Of a DNA stretch of 64,000 bases, positions 8,964-18,000 are shown piece after piece (position 1 is the first letter of the stretch; every line of letters begins with the position of its first letter). The stretch covers positions 45,801-109,800 of the forward strand of contig CAZEWZ010000002.1 in NCBI GenBank assembly GCA_964516765.1. Direction: 5' to 3'. This DNA comes from an uncultured Cryomorphaceae bacterium. Lineage in GTDB: Bacteria; Bacteroidota; Bacteroidia; Flavobacteriales; UBA7430. Below the pieces are notes generated by a model. That model saw nothing but the letters and a program-made list of their open reading frames with translations, made no database searches and was not told the DNA's origin. Position numbers and translations under genes: made by a program.

Positions 8964-10079
8964 ATGAAGATATTCTTAGTTGCATTTTTAGTTCTATTCA
9001 GCACTTTTTTCGCATGGAATAAGTTGAACACACCTGAAGGAGAAAGGTATAAGATCATAAAATCATTCTCTGGAATAGAGATTCGGTCTTACCAAAATCA
9101 AATTTATGCATCCTATATTCCAAAAAAATTAGATGATAGATCTAATTCGTTCAAGGCAGTAGCTGGATATATTTTTGGAGCCAATGATCAAGAAATGAAA
9201 ATTGCAATGACTTCTCCTGTCGTGGTAAAACTTCATAATGATAATGAAATGGCTTTTGTTATGCCGTATGATTATCAAATAATAGAGCTTCCCAAGCCAC
9301 TTAATGCCCAGGTAAAAATTTATGAAGAAGCTGCTTCTATGAAAGCGAGTATTCGTTATTCTGGCTTCAGTAATAATACACGTGAGAGAAATAAAATTGA
9401 TCAGTTAAAATCTATTTTAGAATCAAATGATATTTCTCATAACAATGATTTTGAGGTTCTTGTTTACAATGCTCCTTACCAATTTTTCTTTCGCCGCAAT
9501 GAAATTATTGTCACAGTAAATAGCTTTAAGTCTCAAGATAAAATTACATCGGAGATTAAAAAAATATATTTTGGAACAGGATGTTTTTGGTGTACAGAAG
9601 CAGTCTTTGAAGGTGCTACGGGAGTGCTTAATGTGCGGAGTGGCTATTCAGGTGGGATTATTAAAAACCCAACTTATAGCCAGGTGTCTAATGGACAAAC
9701 AGATCATGCTGAAGTTTGTGAAGTGAGCTACGACCCTAGTCAAATTACTCTTGATGATTTATTTGAATTATTTTTTGTATCTCATGATCCCACAACACAA
9801 GACAAGCAAGGAAATGATGTAGGAAAACATTATCGTTCTATTATTTTGTATTCCTCTCTTGAGGAAGAACGCCTAGCTAGAAAAGTACTTTTAGAAATGA
9901 ATCAGGAGGTCTTTGACGGGCAAATTGTAACAGAAATAAGTCGATTTGAAGTTTTTTATTCCGCCGATAATTACCATCAAAATTACTATGCTGATAATAA
10001 ATATGCCTCTTATTGTAGAGTGGTGATTTCTCCTAAAGTAGAAAAAGCGAAAAAAAAACTCAGTCGTCTGTACAGATAA
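8964..10079 (+). CDS. msrA: exported fusion protein: SOUL heme-binding-like domain + peptide methionine (S)-S-oxide reductase MsrA
   Basis: The N-terminal hydrophobic signal/anchor is MKIFLVAFLVLFSTFFA. A SOUL-like region follows (YIFGAN...IAMTSPV...FVMP...FFRRNEI). The MsrA catalytic GCFWC motif (GTGCFWCTEAVF) and the rest of MsrA occupy about aa 200 to the end. Confidence 0.8.
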   Translation: MKIFLVAFLVLFSTFFAWNKLNTPEGERYKIIKSFSGIEIRSYQNQIYASYIPKKLDDRSNSFKAVAGYIFGANDQEMKIAMTSPVVVKLHNDNEMAFVMPYDYQIIELPKPLNAQVKIYEEAASMKASIRYSGFSNNTRERNKIDQLKSILESNDISHNNDFEVLVYNAPYQFFFRRNEIIVTVNSFKSQDKITSEIKKIYFGTGCFWCTEAVFEGATGVLNVRSGYSGGIIKNPTYSQVSNGQTDHAEVCEVSYDPSQITLDDLFELFFVSHDPTTQDKQGNDVGKHYRSIILYSSLEEERLARKVLLEMNQEVFDGQIVTEISRFEVFYSADNYHQNYYADNKYASYCRVVISPKVEKAKKKLSRLYR

Positions 10080-10170
10080 AATCTCAGAAAGCTTTTGTTT
10101 TATTGCTTTCCCTGCAGTTATTGATAAGTGATAATTACTTTACACTTACTTATAATCAATTCATGATAAG

Positions 10171-11469
10171 ATGAAACCTCTCAAATTCCCTTGGTATTTT
10201 CTACCGGTTCTTATACTAGCTGGAGAGTCAGTTTTTATACTTCCTTATGTTTTGTCGAGAATATTTAGGCCTACTGTGCTGCAAGTTTTTCAAATAAACA
10301 ATGTTGAGTTGGGATTGTGTTTTTCTACCTATGGTATGGTAGCCATTTTGTCTTATATCTTTGGTGGACCTCTCGCAGATAAATACTCTCCCAGAAAACT
10401 CATGTCACTTGCATTAGTATTAACCTCTTTTGGTGGTTTTGTGTATGCTCAGTTTCCAGGGTTTTATGGGTTGAAAATTCTCTATGGATATTGGGGTTTT
10501 ACTACAGTATTTTTGTTTTGGTCGCCCATGATTAAGACTGCTCGTCTTTGGGGTAATACTTCAACACAAGTAAAAGCTTTTGGATTTTTAGAGGGCGGAA
10601 GGGGTATAGTGGGTGCTTTGATTGGGACTCTTGCGGTTTTTGTTTTCGCTTACTTTTTAAATGTCTCAGATTCCAAATTTCCAAACTTAGAGCAGAGTAG
10701 AAATGCATTTAAATATGTTGTTCTACTATCCTCAACGATAATAGCTTTTGTAGGTTTTTTAGTCTGGAAATTCATGAAAGTTGACCAAGAAATTGAAAAA
10801 AGTGTTGTACTTGAAAAAATTTCATTGAATAAAATCAAGGATGTATTTTTTTTACCCTCAGTTTGGTTGCTTATGGTAATTGTCATGTGTGCTTATGTTG
10901 GATATAAAGTTACCGATATTTTTTCTCTTTATGCTCTTGATGTCATGCAATACAATCAAGTAGATTCAGCAGAAGTCGCTACATTTTTATTGTATTTGAG
11001 GCCTTTTATCGCTATTTCTATTGCATCATTTGCATCGCGTTGGGAAAACACTATAATCCTTGTGATTGGTTTTGCTATTTCATTCCTTGGTGCGTTGTTC
11101 TTTTCATTTGGCATTATTACCTACTCAAAAACATTATTATTCCTCAGTTCCATATTCATCTTGGCCATTGGAGTATATTCATTGAGAGCTTTGTATTTTT
11201 CAATTATGGAAAAGGGCAAGATACCTCTACCACTTTCGGGTACTGCAGTAGGCCTAATCTCAGTTATTGGCTATTCTCCCGATATTTTCATTGGGCCATT
11301 AATTGGGTATTTCTTAGATAAGTACGATGGAATTATAGGGCATCAATATGTTTTTGCTCTTTTATCTGGATTTTCTCTAGTTGGTTTTTTCGCTGCACAA
11401 AAATACCATGTAATATATTGCACTGAAGAAAATTATTCTCCTATTGAGTCAAATGATTATGATGACTAA
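10171..11469 (+). CDS. MFS transporter
   Basis: 432 aa with about 12 predicted TM helices in a 6+6 arrangement and a central hydrophilic loop. The substrate cannot be determined from the sequence. Confidence 0.65.
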   Translation: MKPLKFPWYFLPVLILAGESVFILPYVLSRIFRPTVLQVFQINNVELGLCFSTYGMVAILSYIFGGPLADKYSPRKLMSLALVLTSFGGFVYAQFPGFYGLKILYGYWGFTTVFLFWSPMIKTARLWGNTSTQVKAFGFLEGGRGIVGALIGTLAVFVFAYFLNVSDSKFPNLEQSRNAFKYVVLLSSTIIAFVGFLVWKFMKVDQEIEKSVVLEKISLNKIKDVFFLPSVWLLMVIVMCAYVGYKVTDIFSLYALDVMQYNQVDSAEVATFLLYLRPFIAISIASFASRWENTIILVIGFAISFLGALFFSFGIITYSKTLLFLSSIFILAIGVYSLRALYFSIMEKGKIPLPLSGTAVGLISVIGYSPDIFIGPLIGYFLDKYDGIIGHQYVFALLSGFSLVGFFAAQKYHVIYCTEENYSPIESNDYDD

Positions 11470-11535
11470 GTACTAGATGATTTCATTTAAAAGCAAATGT
11501 TTACTTCTCAAAAATTTTATTTAATATTTTGGTTA

Positions 11536-11710
11536 TTTTTTATAAAAAAAAACTGTTTTTTTAATTTTTTATATGATTTTACTCATTTTTTAAGAAAAAA
11601 ACTGTTTTATCTCTATATTTCTAGAATAATTACTTTTTTAGACTAATTTTTTAATAATAACTTCATTTTTGTTAGTTTATGTTATTTTTTTGTAAAAAAA
11701 TGCTTTTTTT
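11536..11710. repeat. three copies of a T-tract/A-tract/T-tract motif in an AT-rich spacer
   Basis: Copy 1 (11536-11562) is T6 AT A9 CTG T7. Copy 2 (11586-11608) is T6 AAG A7 CTG T4. Copy 3 (11685-11710) is T7 GT A7 TGC T7. Confidence 0.6.
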
Positions 11711-11858
11711 ACTTAATATTATCATTTTTTTCATTGATATCTTCAATATAAAAATAGATTGTCTTGTATTAGGCAGACCACCATGCTAATTTTGAGTTCA
11801 TACTTTTTTAAGTTAAGATTGGATTTAATGCAATAATAATTTATTTTTCATTTTCTTA

Positions 11859-11890
11859 TTGTTTTACCTTGATATGAATCCTTAAATTTG
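11859..11890 (+). promoter_or_regulatory. candidate Bacteroidota promoter (TTG-N21-TAAATTTG) for the small CxxC gene
   Basis: TTG lies at 11859-11861 and TAAATTTG at 11883-11890, 26 nt upstream of the ATG at 11917. A 7-bp inverted repeat, AATTTGT (11885-11891) / ACAAATT (11897-11903), overlaps the -7 box. Confidence 0.45.
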
Positions 11891-11916
11891 TCTGACACAA
11901 ATTAAAATTTTATTGT

Positions 11917-12174
11917 ATGGAGTTAATTATGGTCAAAAAAAAAGGCTGTATGCCTTGTACTCAATTTGAGCCCTTTGCTAAGGAGCATGCTCTAGATGAA
12001 TCTCTAGACTTTAGAACTGTTATGAGAGAAGACATGCCAGAGAAAATTCATCCGCCCTATTTCCCTTTTTTTTATCTTTATCAAGACAATAAAATTATTG
12101 AGAGCTGGGGAGGAACTAGTGAGAAAAAGTTTCTTTCTGTTTTGAAAAGAACCCTGAAAAATAAAAATTCCTAA
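11917..12174 (+). CDS. small thioredoxin-fold-like protein with CxxC motif (85 aa)
   Basis: A GCMPC motif lies near the N-terminus after a short beta-strand-like segment (ELIMVKKKGCMPC). The size and a C-terminal PPYFPFFYLYQDNK..ESWGG pattern are compatible with a glutaredoxin/thioredoxin-like fold. The gene has its own promoter-like element and terminator. Confidence 0.5.
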   Translation: MELIMVKKKGCMPCTQFEPFAKEHALDESLDFRTVMREDMPEKIHPPYFPFFYLYQDNKIIESWGGTSEKKFLSVLKRTLKNKNS

Positions 12175-12186
12175 GTGGCTAGAAAA

Positions 12187-12210
12187 AAAGCCACTAGGAG
12201 TGGCTTTTTT
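12187..12210. terminator. bidirectional intrinsic terminator between convergent genes
   Basis: 9-bp stem: AAAGCCACT (12187-12195) pairs with AGTGGCTTT (12199-12207), with a 3-nt loop. The stem has T-runs on the plus strand (to 12210) and on the minus strand (A-run 12183-12189). An upstream GTGGCT (12175-12180) can pair alternatively with AGCCAC (12189-12194). Confidence 0.7.
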
Positions 12211-12233
12211 GTTTAATATTTTTTAATTGAGGA

Positions 12234-13304
12234 TTAAAGATTTATTTTCTTGATGACATTTCCATTTTCGTACTCATAGAATAAAATAATTCCTTTTGTT
12301 TCAGAAGATTGTTCTCTACCAAAAAGATCAAAAACTTTGAGTAACCGGCTAGGAGATTCCAGAATATCTTTTATTTCCAAACAAGGATCTTCAATGTCTA
12401 CACTAGAAAATGGAAGTCCTCCTTGATAAATAAGGTCACCATTTTCATTACTGATTTCCCAACTTGCTTCATCCATATATTCTCCCTCTAGGGTTGCAAA
12501 GCTAAAGCATGAAGCATTTTCTATACAGAATTCTTTTTCTTCTCCGTCCATAAATGTATAAGAGATTCCGTTAATAATTAATTCTGAGCCTTCCCAGCCA
12601 TCTGATGCATCATCATTCAGTGTTAATAAAAGCTCGTTAGAATCGCAAGGATACGGGTATAAACATGATCCATTATTTATGTTAGCTTCTGTATTGTAGT
12701 TTAGTGCCACTGGATTGTTGCATCCAGGAATAAAAATGTCTGTACTAGAACAAGTAAACACTATATCATAGAAATATATTGTCTCATCTTCATCTATCAT
12801 TAAACTGGTGGTCATTACTAGCGTTTCGGAATTAACAGATGCAATAGTGAATTCTTGAAAAGGAAAATCTTCTACAGTTGCACTATTTATAATTACTGAA
12901 GAGTCAGAAGACCACTCGTAAAATAAAGAGATTGATCCCTCTGATGCAGCAAATAAAGTCATTAGATTTCCTGAGGAGAAAGCGAAGCCTGAGATATCAA
13001 TTTCGTCTTCTAAAGGTATTGGAATTGTGAGTCCATTATCAGCTATGTCATCCCATTCTTCTTGGGTGGTTGGCATAGGGAACCCCATCTCTATCATAAA
13101 ATCTTCTGCCGTAATAAATCCCATCTCAACCATCATAATAAGATTTTCAAGATCTTCTTGGGGGAAGGGAACATTGACAAAACCTTCTGAATTTTCAACC
13201 ACCCAATTCCCTATAATGTCTAGTTCAGGATTAACTTGTGCATAAGCTTTAGTGGTCAACAATATTATAAACAAGCCAATTAGAGAGTAGGAGAAGTTTT
13301 TCAT
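12234..13304 (-). CDS. secreted T9SS cargo protein with Cys-rich repeat modules (function unknown)
   Basis: It has a signal peptide (LFIILLTTKAYAQ) and a C-terminal T9SS type-A sorting-domain-like tail (LLKVFDLFGRE...ILFYEYENGNVIKKINL). A short motif GCNNPVALNYNTEANINNGSCLYP and an about 90-aa Cys module occupy aa 194-308 (12381-12725). Confidence 0.7.
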   Translation of the reverse strand: MKNFSYSLIGLFIILLTTKAYAQVNPELDIIGNWVVENSEGFVNVPFPQEDLENLIMMVEMGFITAEDFMIEMGFPMPTTQEEWDDIADNGLTIPIPLEDEIDISGFAFSSGNLMTLFAASEGSISLFYEWSSDSSVIINSATVEDFPFQEFTIASVNSETLVMTTSLMIDEDETIYFYDIVFTCSSTDIFIPGCNNPVALNYNTEANINNGSCLYPYPCDSNELLLTLNDDASDGWEGSELIINGISYTFMDGEEKEFCIENASCFSFATLEGEYMDEASWEISNENGDLIYQGGLPFSSVDIEDPCLEIKDILESPSRLLKVFDLFGREQSSETKGIILFYEYENGNVIKKINL

Positions 13305-13407
13305 AAGAGTTTTTTGTTATACATATTTTATAAATATATAAAATATAAACTTGTATCGGAATAATATAAAAATAAGTTGACTTCAAGATTTGTATCTTTT
13401 GTGGGTG

Positions 13408-13430
13408 AAAAAAGTATTTACAAATACTTT
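13408..13430 (-). terminator. weak AT-rich hairpin plus T-run downstream of the exonuclease/GIY-YIG pair
   Basis: The minus strand reads AAAGTATT-TGTA-AATACTTT followed by TTTCACCC. The stem is 8 bp with only one G-C pair. It lies about 155 nt after the GIY-YIG stop. Confidence 0.3.
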
Positions 13431-13583
13431 ATAATATCTTGGTTATCGAGTCAAAATGGGTAAACTATTTTTGCAGAAGTATTAGCTTCAACTTAGGGAA
13501 TTTTTATTAATCCCCTTATTAAGATCCTTTAAACATCGGCAAGTTTTTTCATCTGCTTATATATTTGTCGCCCAGATTTTTAA

Positions 13584-14369
13584 TTAAACAGATTGGTCAA
13601 GTTTAAGAATAGATGGTAGAGTATTTTTTCTGTATTCTGTAACAATTTTTATTTCATCTACAGATGGGTAATCAATTTTGTAAGCAGATTTATTTGTGAC
13701 TCCAAATGCTGTGACTCGATTGTTTCTGATATGCACATATGTTGTGCATCTTGCTTCATTGAATTCAAGCTCGCAGTTCAAGGGGAATCTATATATTTTT
13801 GAGAGACCTTTGTCATAGCGATGATTATATAATTTAGGGCTTTCAAGTTCTATGCATGCACCTTGGCAACCTTTTAGATGATATTTGAAACAAGATTTAC
13901 TTGACTTATCTAGTTGATTTATTTTATCGCATAAGCCGAATTCTTCAGATATACGGAGTAAAAATTTTTGAGCTATTTTTTTGGAGTTGAATTCAATGAT
14001 TGAATTGGCCTTTGTTTCTCGTATTTCAAAGTATTTATAGCCTTGACTATTAATTTCTTCAAAAAGTGACATGGTGGTTTTTATCTTTCGAAGCCTTCTG
14101 TTGAATACAGGTAAGTATTTTTTGATCTCTTGAGATTCAAAAAGAAGTGCTTCTAGTTCTGAGTTCAAGACTTTTATTTTAATTTTGAAGAATTGACTAA
14201 TCAACCTTTTACGCCCATTTTTAAGGTGTTGTTGAATTCGTTGTTTGATGTTTTTACTTTTTCCGATGTAAAGGATTTTACCCTCTTGGGAAATAAAGTA
14301 ATATACTCCAATTAAGTTTTTTCGAATGATGTTTTCGTAAACCTCTTCTTTGCTAAAAAACTTAGTCAT
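13584..14369 (-). CDS. GIY-YIG nuclease, UvrC-N-terminal/Cho-like
   Basis: The GIY-YIG core is GVYYFISQEGKILYIGKSKNIKQRIQQH...E.LLFESQEIKKYLPVFNRRL. A UvrC-like Cys cluster CFKYHLKGCQGAC follows. I start at the ATG at 14367-14369 (MTKFF...), which overlaps the upstream stop as TAATG. The track's 12-codon extension is dropped. Confidence 0.75.
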   Translation of the reverse strand: MTKFFSKEEVYENIIRKNLIGVYYFISQEGKILYIGKSKNIKQRIQQHLKNGRKRLISQFFKIKIKVLNSELEALLFESQEIKKYLPVFNRRLRKIKTTMSLFEEINSQGYKYFEIRETKANSIIEFNSKKIAQKFLLRISEEFGLCDKINQLDKSSKSCFKYHLKGCQGACIELESPKLYNHRYDKGLSKIYRFPLNCELEFNEARCTTYVHIRNNRVTAFGVTNKSAYKIDYPSVDEIKIVTEYRKNTLPSILKLDQSV

Positions 14370-14938
14370 TAGATGACCCCTCGATTCCTTAATTCCCAAA
14401 AACATTTTTCTGTAATCGAGATATCTACTAAGGCATCGTGCGCATCTTCAAAATCTTCTCCAAAAAGTTTTATGTGAAGTTCAGATAAAGTTGGCCATTT
14501 ATACCCATATCGACCGGGAATCCCGCAGTATTCCGTAGATGATTTCATGGTGCATAACTTTTTGGTCGACTCAAAAGAACTGGGAATATCTTTTCTAAGC
14601 AACTCTGCACCCATTATTTTTTCATCAAAACTGATATTGTGCGCTCCAATATAATCCGCTTGTTTGACAGCTTCATTAAACTTAAATAGTACATCAAACA
14701 AGTAAATCCCTTCTTTGTTAGCCATGTCGGTAGTGATGCCATGCACATCAGATGCTCCTGTTGGTATGGTAAACCCTTCGGGTTTAATGATATGCGCCTG
14801 TGTATCAAGTTTGTTTCCATGTCTATCACACAGAATCCATGCAATCTGGATCATGCGTGGCCAATTGTCGAGATCAGTTACTGGAGCTTTCCAGTTTTTT
14901 GGAAGCCCTGTGGTTTCCGTGTCAAAAAATAAGTACAT
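14369..14938 (-). CDS. DnaQ-like 3'-5' exonuclease (DEDDh family)
   Basis: Exo I is FFDTETTG, Exo II is AHNISFDEKIM and Exo III is AHDALVD. The protein is 189 aa and stand-alone. Confidence 0.85.
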   Translation of the reverse strand: MYLFFDTETTGLPKNWKAPVTDLDNWPRMIQIAWILCDRHGNKLDTQAHIIKPEGFTIPTGASDVHGITTDMANKEGIYLFDVLFKFNEAVKQADYIGAHNISFDEKIMGAELLRKDIPSSFESTKKLCTMKSSTEYCGIPGRYGYKWPTLSELHIKLFGEDFEDAHDALVDISITEKCFWELRNRGVI

Positions 14939-15026
14939 ATTGATTTAATTCATTATTATATTTTTTATGATTTTAAGTTAATCAAAGAACTATTACCTAT
15001 TAAAATTATAATAAATTGATGAAAGA

Positions 15027-18000
15027 TTAGTTTATTTTTTTCTCAACATAACCATCATCGTAGACATAAAAGAGAATTTGGTTTTTATGTCGCAAATCTT
15101 TTTTAGTTACATCTTGCCCTAAAATGTTGACAATTTTTATGAGATTTTTCGATCCACTGTTAGTCTCTGTAATAATTTCAGTCTCAATGTGAGAGATAAT
15201 ATTTATATCGTTTGGAGAATAAGAGATGGAACTAATCAATCCATCTGATAGGATTAAGTTTTCTAAATTTTCTGTATTCCATAATTTGAAGCTAATTTCT
15301 CTACTCTGATCAATTTCCTCCGAGTCTGTATTTATCGACTCAATTCCCCAGACAGTTAAAACAGTTACATTAGGAGTGTACATTGATGTACCTAATAGTT
15401 TCCCTTTCAAATTAAATGCAGCTACCTCTGACCCAATAATTGGTTTTTCACCCCAGGCTTCATCTTTTATGACAATAGTCATGTTGTTGTCGGTTGCAGG
15501 AACTTTCATGAAGTGAGAAGTACGATTATTAATTAGTTCCATAGAGTTAAATCTGTATGAATCATCATTGGATAAATAATAAAGTACATCATCACTTCCT
15601 ATTTTTAATTGATAACCTTCTCCTGGATTCATACTTCCTATCCCATTGAATGAATAATCGGGAAGATATACGTCACCTTCATAATTTTTTGCGATAATTA
15701 AATCACTCAGATCGACCAACACAGAGGGTATTTCAGCTGATTCTGTTCTTAGGTACGCTATCAAATTCCAACCCTCTATGACATTAATTGGGTTTTGTTC
15801 TGGTAATGCATAATTTCCGCAAAAATCAATGGATAAAGAATTTCCTGTTTTGATAAAGTATCCTTGACCTGTGATCATTTCACCAATTGCATTAAAAAGA
15901 TATTCTGGCAAGTAGGCATTCCCCATGTAATCTTTGACAATTATAATATCTTGATTTATGTCTTCTAACATCACATCTAAATTCAAATCTTCTTCAATAA
16001 TATATGTTGAGAAAATCGACCATCCTTGAGGCATTTCGATGGTCTGGCAGAATGGAATGGAACTTTCGTATTCACACGATTCATCATCTTGTGTAGCAAG
16101 GGAATTAAAGTTAATTGCAACAGAGTCTGTGCAACCAAGAATTAATTGATTAGTAAAGTCTACACAGAAATCTAAAGTTCCTTCTAATCCACTATCAAGT
16201 GTCCCTGAAGCTAAAACTTGATTATCTGAGTTGGTTATTATGAATTCCGAACCATTCCATCCATCACCATATGAATCATACATTGTAAAGGAATGGCATC
16301 CTTCATTTAAACAAGCCTGTGAAAGTCCTACTTCTCCCGAATATTCGTTTAATATCCAAGAAACTTCGTTTGGCCATTGACCAAAAGAAACCTCTATATA
16401 AATTAAATTTAATCCTTCACATTCAAATGGATATATACATGAAGTAGTGTCTTCAATTGAATTTGGGTCAAAATTAAAAGCTAAAGAATCTGAACAGCCT
16501 GACACAGGGTAATAACATGTGCTGTCATCAATGTCTGCCTCAGAGTTGTAATTTAATGCATTAATGTCAGTGCATCCATACACAGGGAATTGACATGAAT
16601 TATTATCGATTATTGCTTCAGAGTTGAAATTCAAAGCTGAAGAGTTTGTACAGCCCTCAATAAATTCACAAGAATTGTCAGAGCCATTGGCAGCCTGATT
16701 GTAATTTAAAGCAATTGGGTCAATGCAACCATATGTGATTTCACATTCTTCTTGAGAATTTTGTATAAATATTGAGGCTATATTTCCTTCTCCTGACATA
16801 ATAGTAGTTTGGTTAGTGTCTACTAATTCCCAGGTTATTTCATTTGCCCAAGGACCTCCAATTGAGAATATATTACATCCATCGTTCAAACAAATGGATT
16901 CATTTGCTTCAGACGAAGGGCCTGGAAATACAATTGAGAATTGATCTCCATTATTTTCAGAAACAATGAGTGAGTTATGATTACCCCCATAAGGCCAAGA
17001 ATCGGATAGCAAAAGAATATAAGGGGTGCCGTCTTCACATTGAGAAGGGGTAATACATGAACCATCACTAGCATTTGCTAAAGGCTCATAATTAAATGCA
17101 AGAGGATTTGTACAGCCTGAAAAACATGCTTCTAAAGTATTAAGTGCTAGCGTGAAAGATCCTGACGGACTATTCCCGTCAATTAATTGGTTTATAAGTA
17201 ATTCTCCAGCTTCGTTTGTGATGCTAATTTCTGCATCAAACCAATCGGTATTTTCAATTCCATTTTCATCATAAGTATTAATAGCAAAAGAATGACATCC
17301 ATCTTCTAAACATACAGGGTTTTCTCCTTCGCTACCCTCAAATCCTGTCATAGACCATCCTACTGAGGTAGTATAATTTCCAGTTATATTAACTGATAAT
17401 CTATTCAGTCCCTCACAAATAATTTTACTGCAAGAATCATCATCAATATTTGCTGTTGGTGAGAAAAATAAATCTAAAGAATCCATACATCCATATATTG
17501 GATAGATACATGACCCGTCTTCAACATTTACATTAGCATCAAAGTTTAGTGCCAATGAATCACTACAGCCCATGTTAAATTCACAATTCTCTTGATTTAA
17601 AGAAAATACCAAAGACCCAATATTTGAATTGGTTAAAGTTCCAGAGCCTAATACACTTCCACCACTCGCAGTTATAGTTACCTCAGATCCACCCCATCCT
17701 AAGGGATAAGAATCGTCCCACCAACTAGGAGCCATAGATGGGTCGTTGAACATATTGTAAATGTAGCAGCCATCATCTAAGCAAAATTGGCCTTGTGGAG
17801 AACCGTCAAATGGATAAGAATTGCCGGATATTCCGTTCATTTCCCATAAAATCAGATAATTGTAATCTCCCCCAGTAAATTCCATAAATACAGTAGTTGA
17901 GTCTCCACAATCTATAACTGGTATGTGGCAAAAACCATTATCCTGATTTGCCAATGAATTATAATTGAATGCAATTGGGTTTGTACAACCGTAGACAAAT

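Noticed and set aside
11536-11710. Possible CRISPR-like or tandem-repeat array in the AT-rich spacer.
   Set aside because: The repeats are only about 25 nt of homopolymer tracts, they are imperfect, and their spacing is irregular (50 and 99 nt). No cas genes are nearby. I report them as an unexplained motif instead.
13584-14938. Exonuclease plus GIY-YIG pair as a bona fide anti-phage defence system.
   Set aside because: There is no associated sensor, NTPase, methyltransferase, toxin or mobile-element context. The GIY-YIG protein carries the UvrC/Cho-type Cys cluster, so a DNA-repair role is more parsimonious. I keep it only as a lower-probability alternative in the findings.
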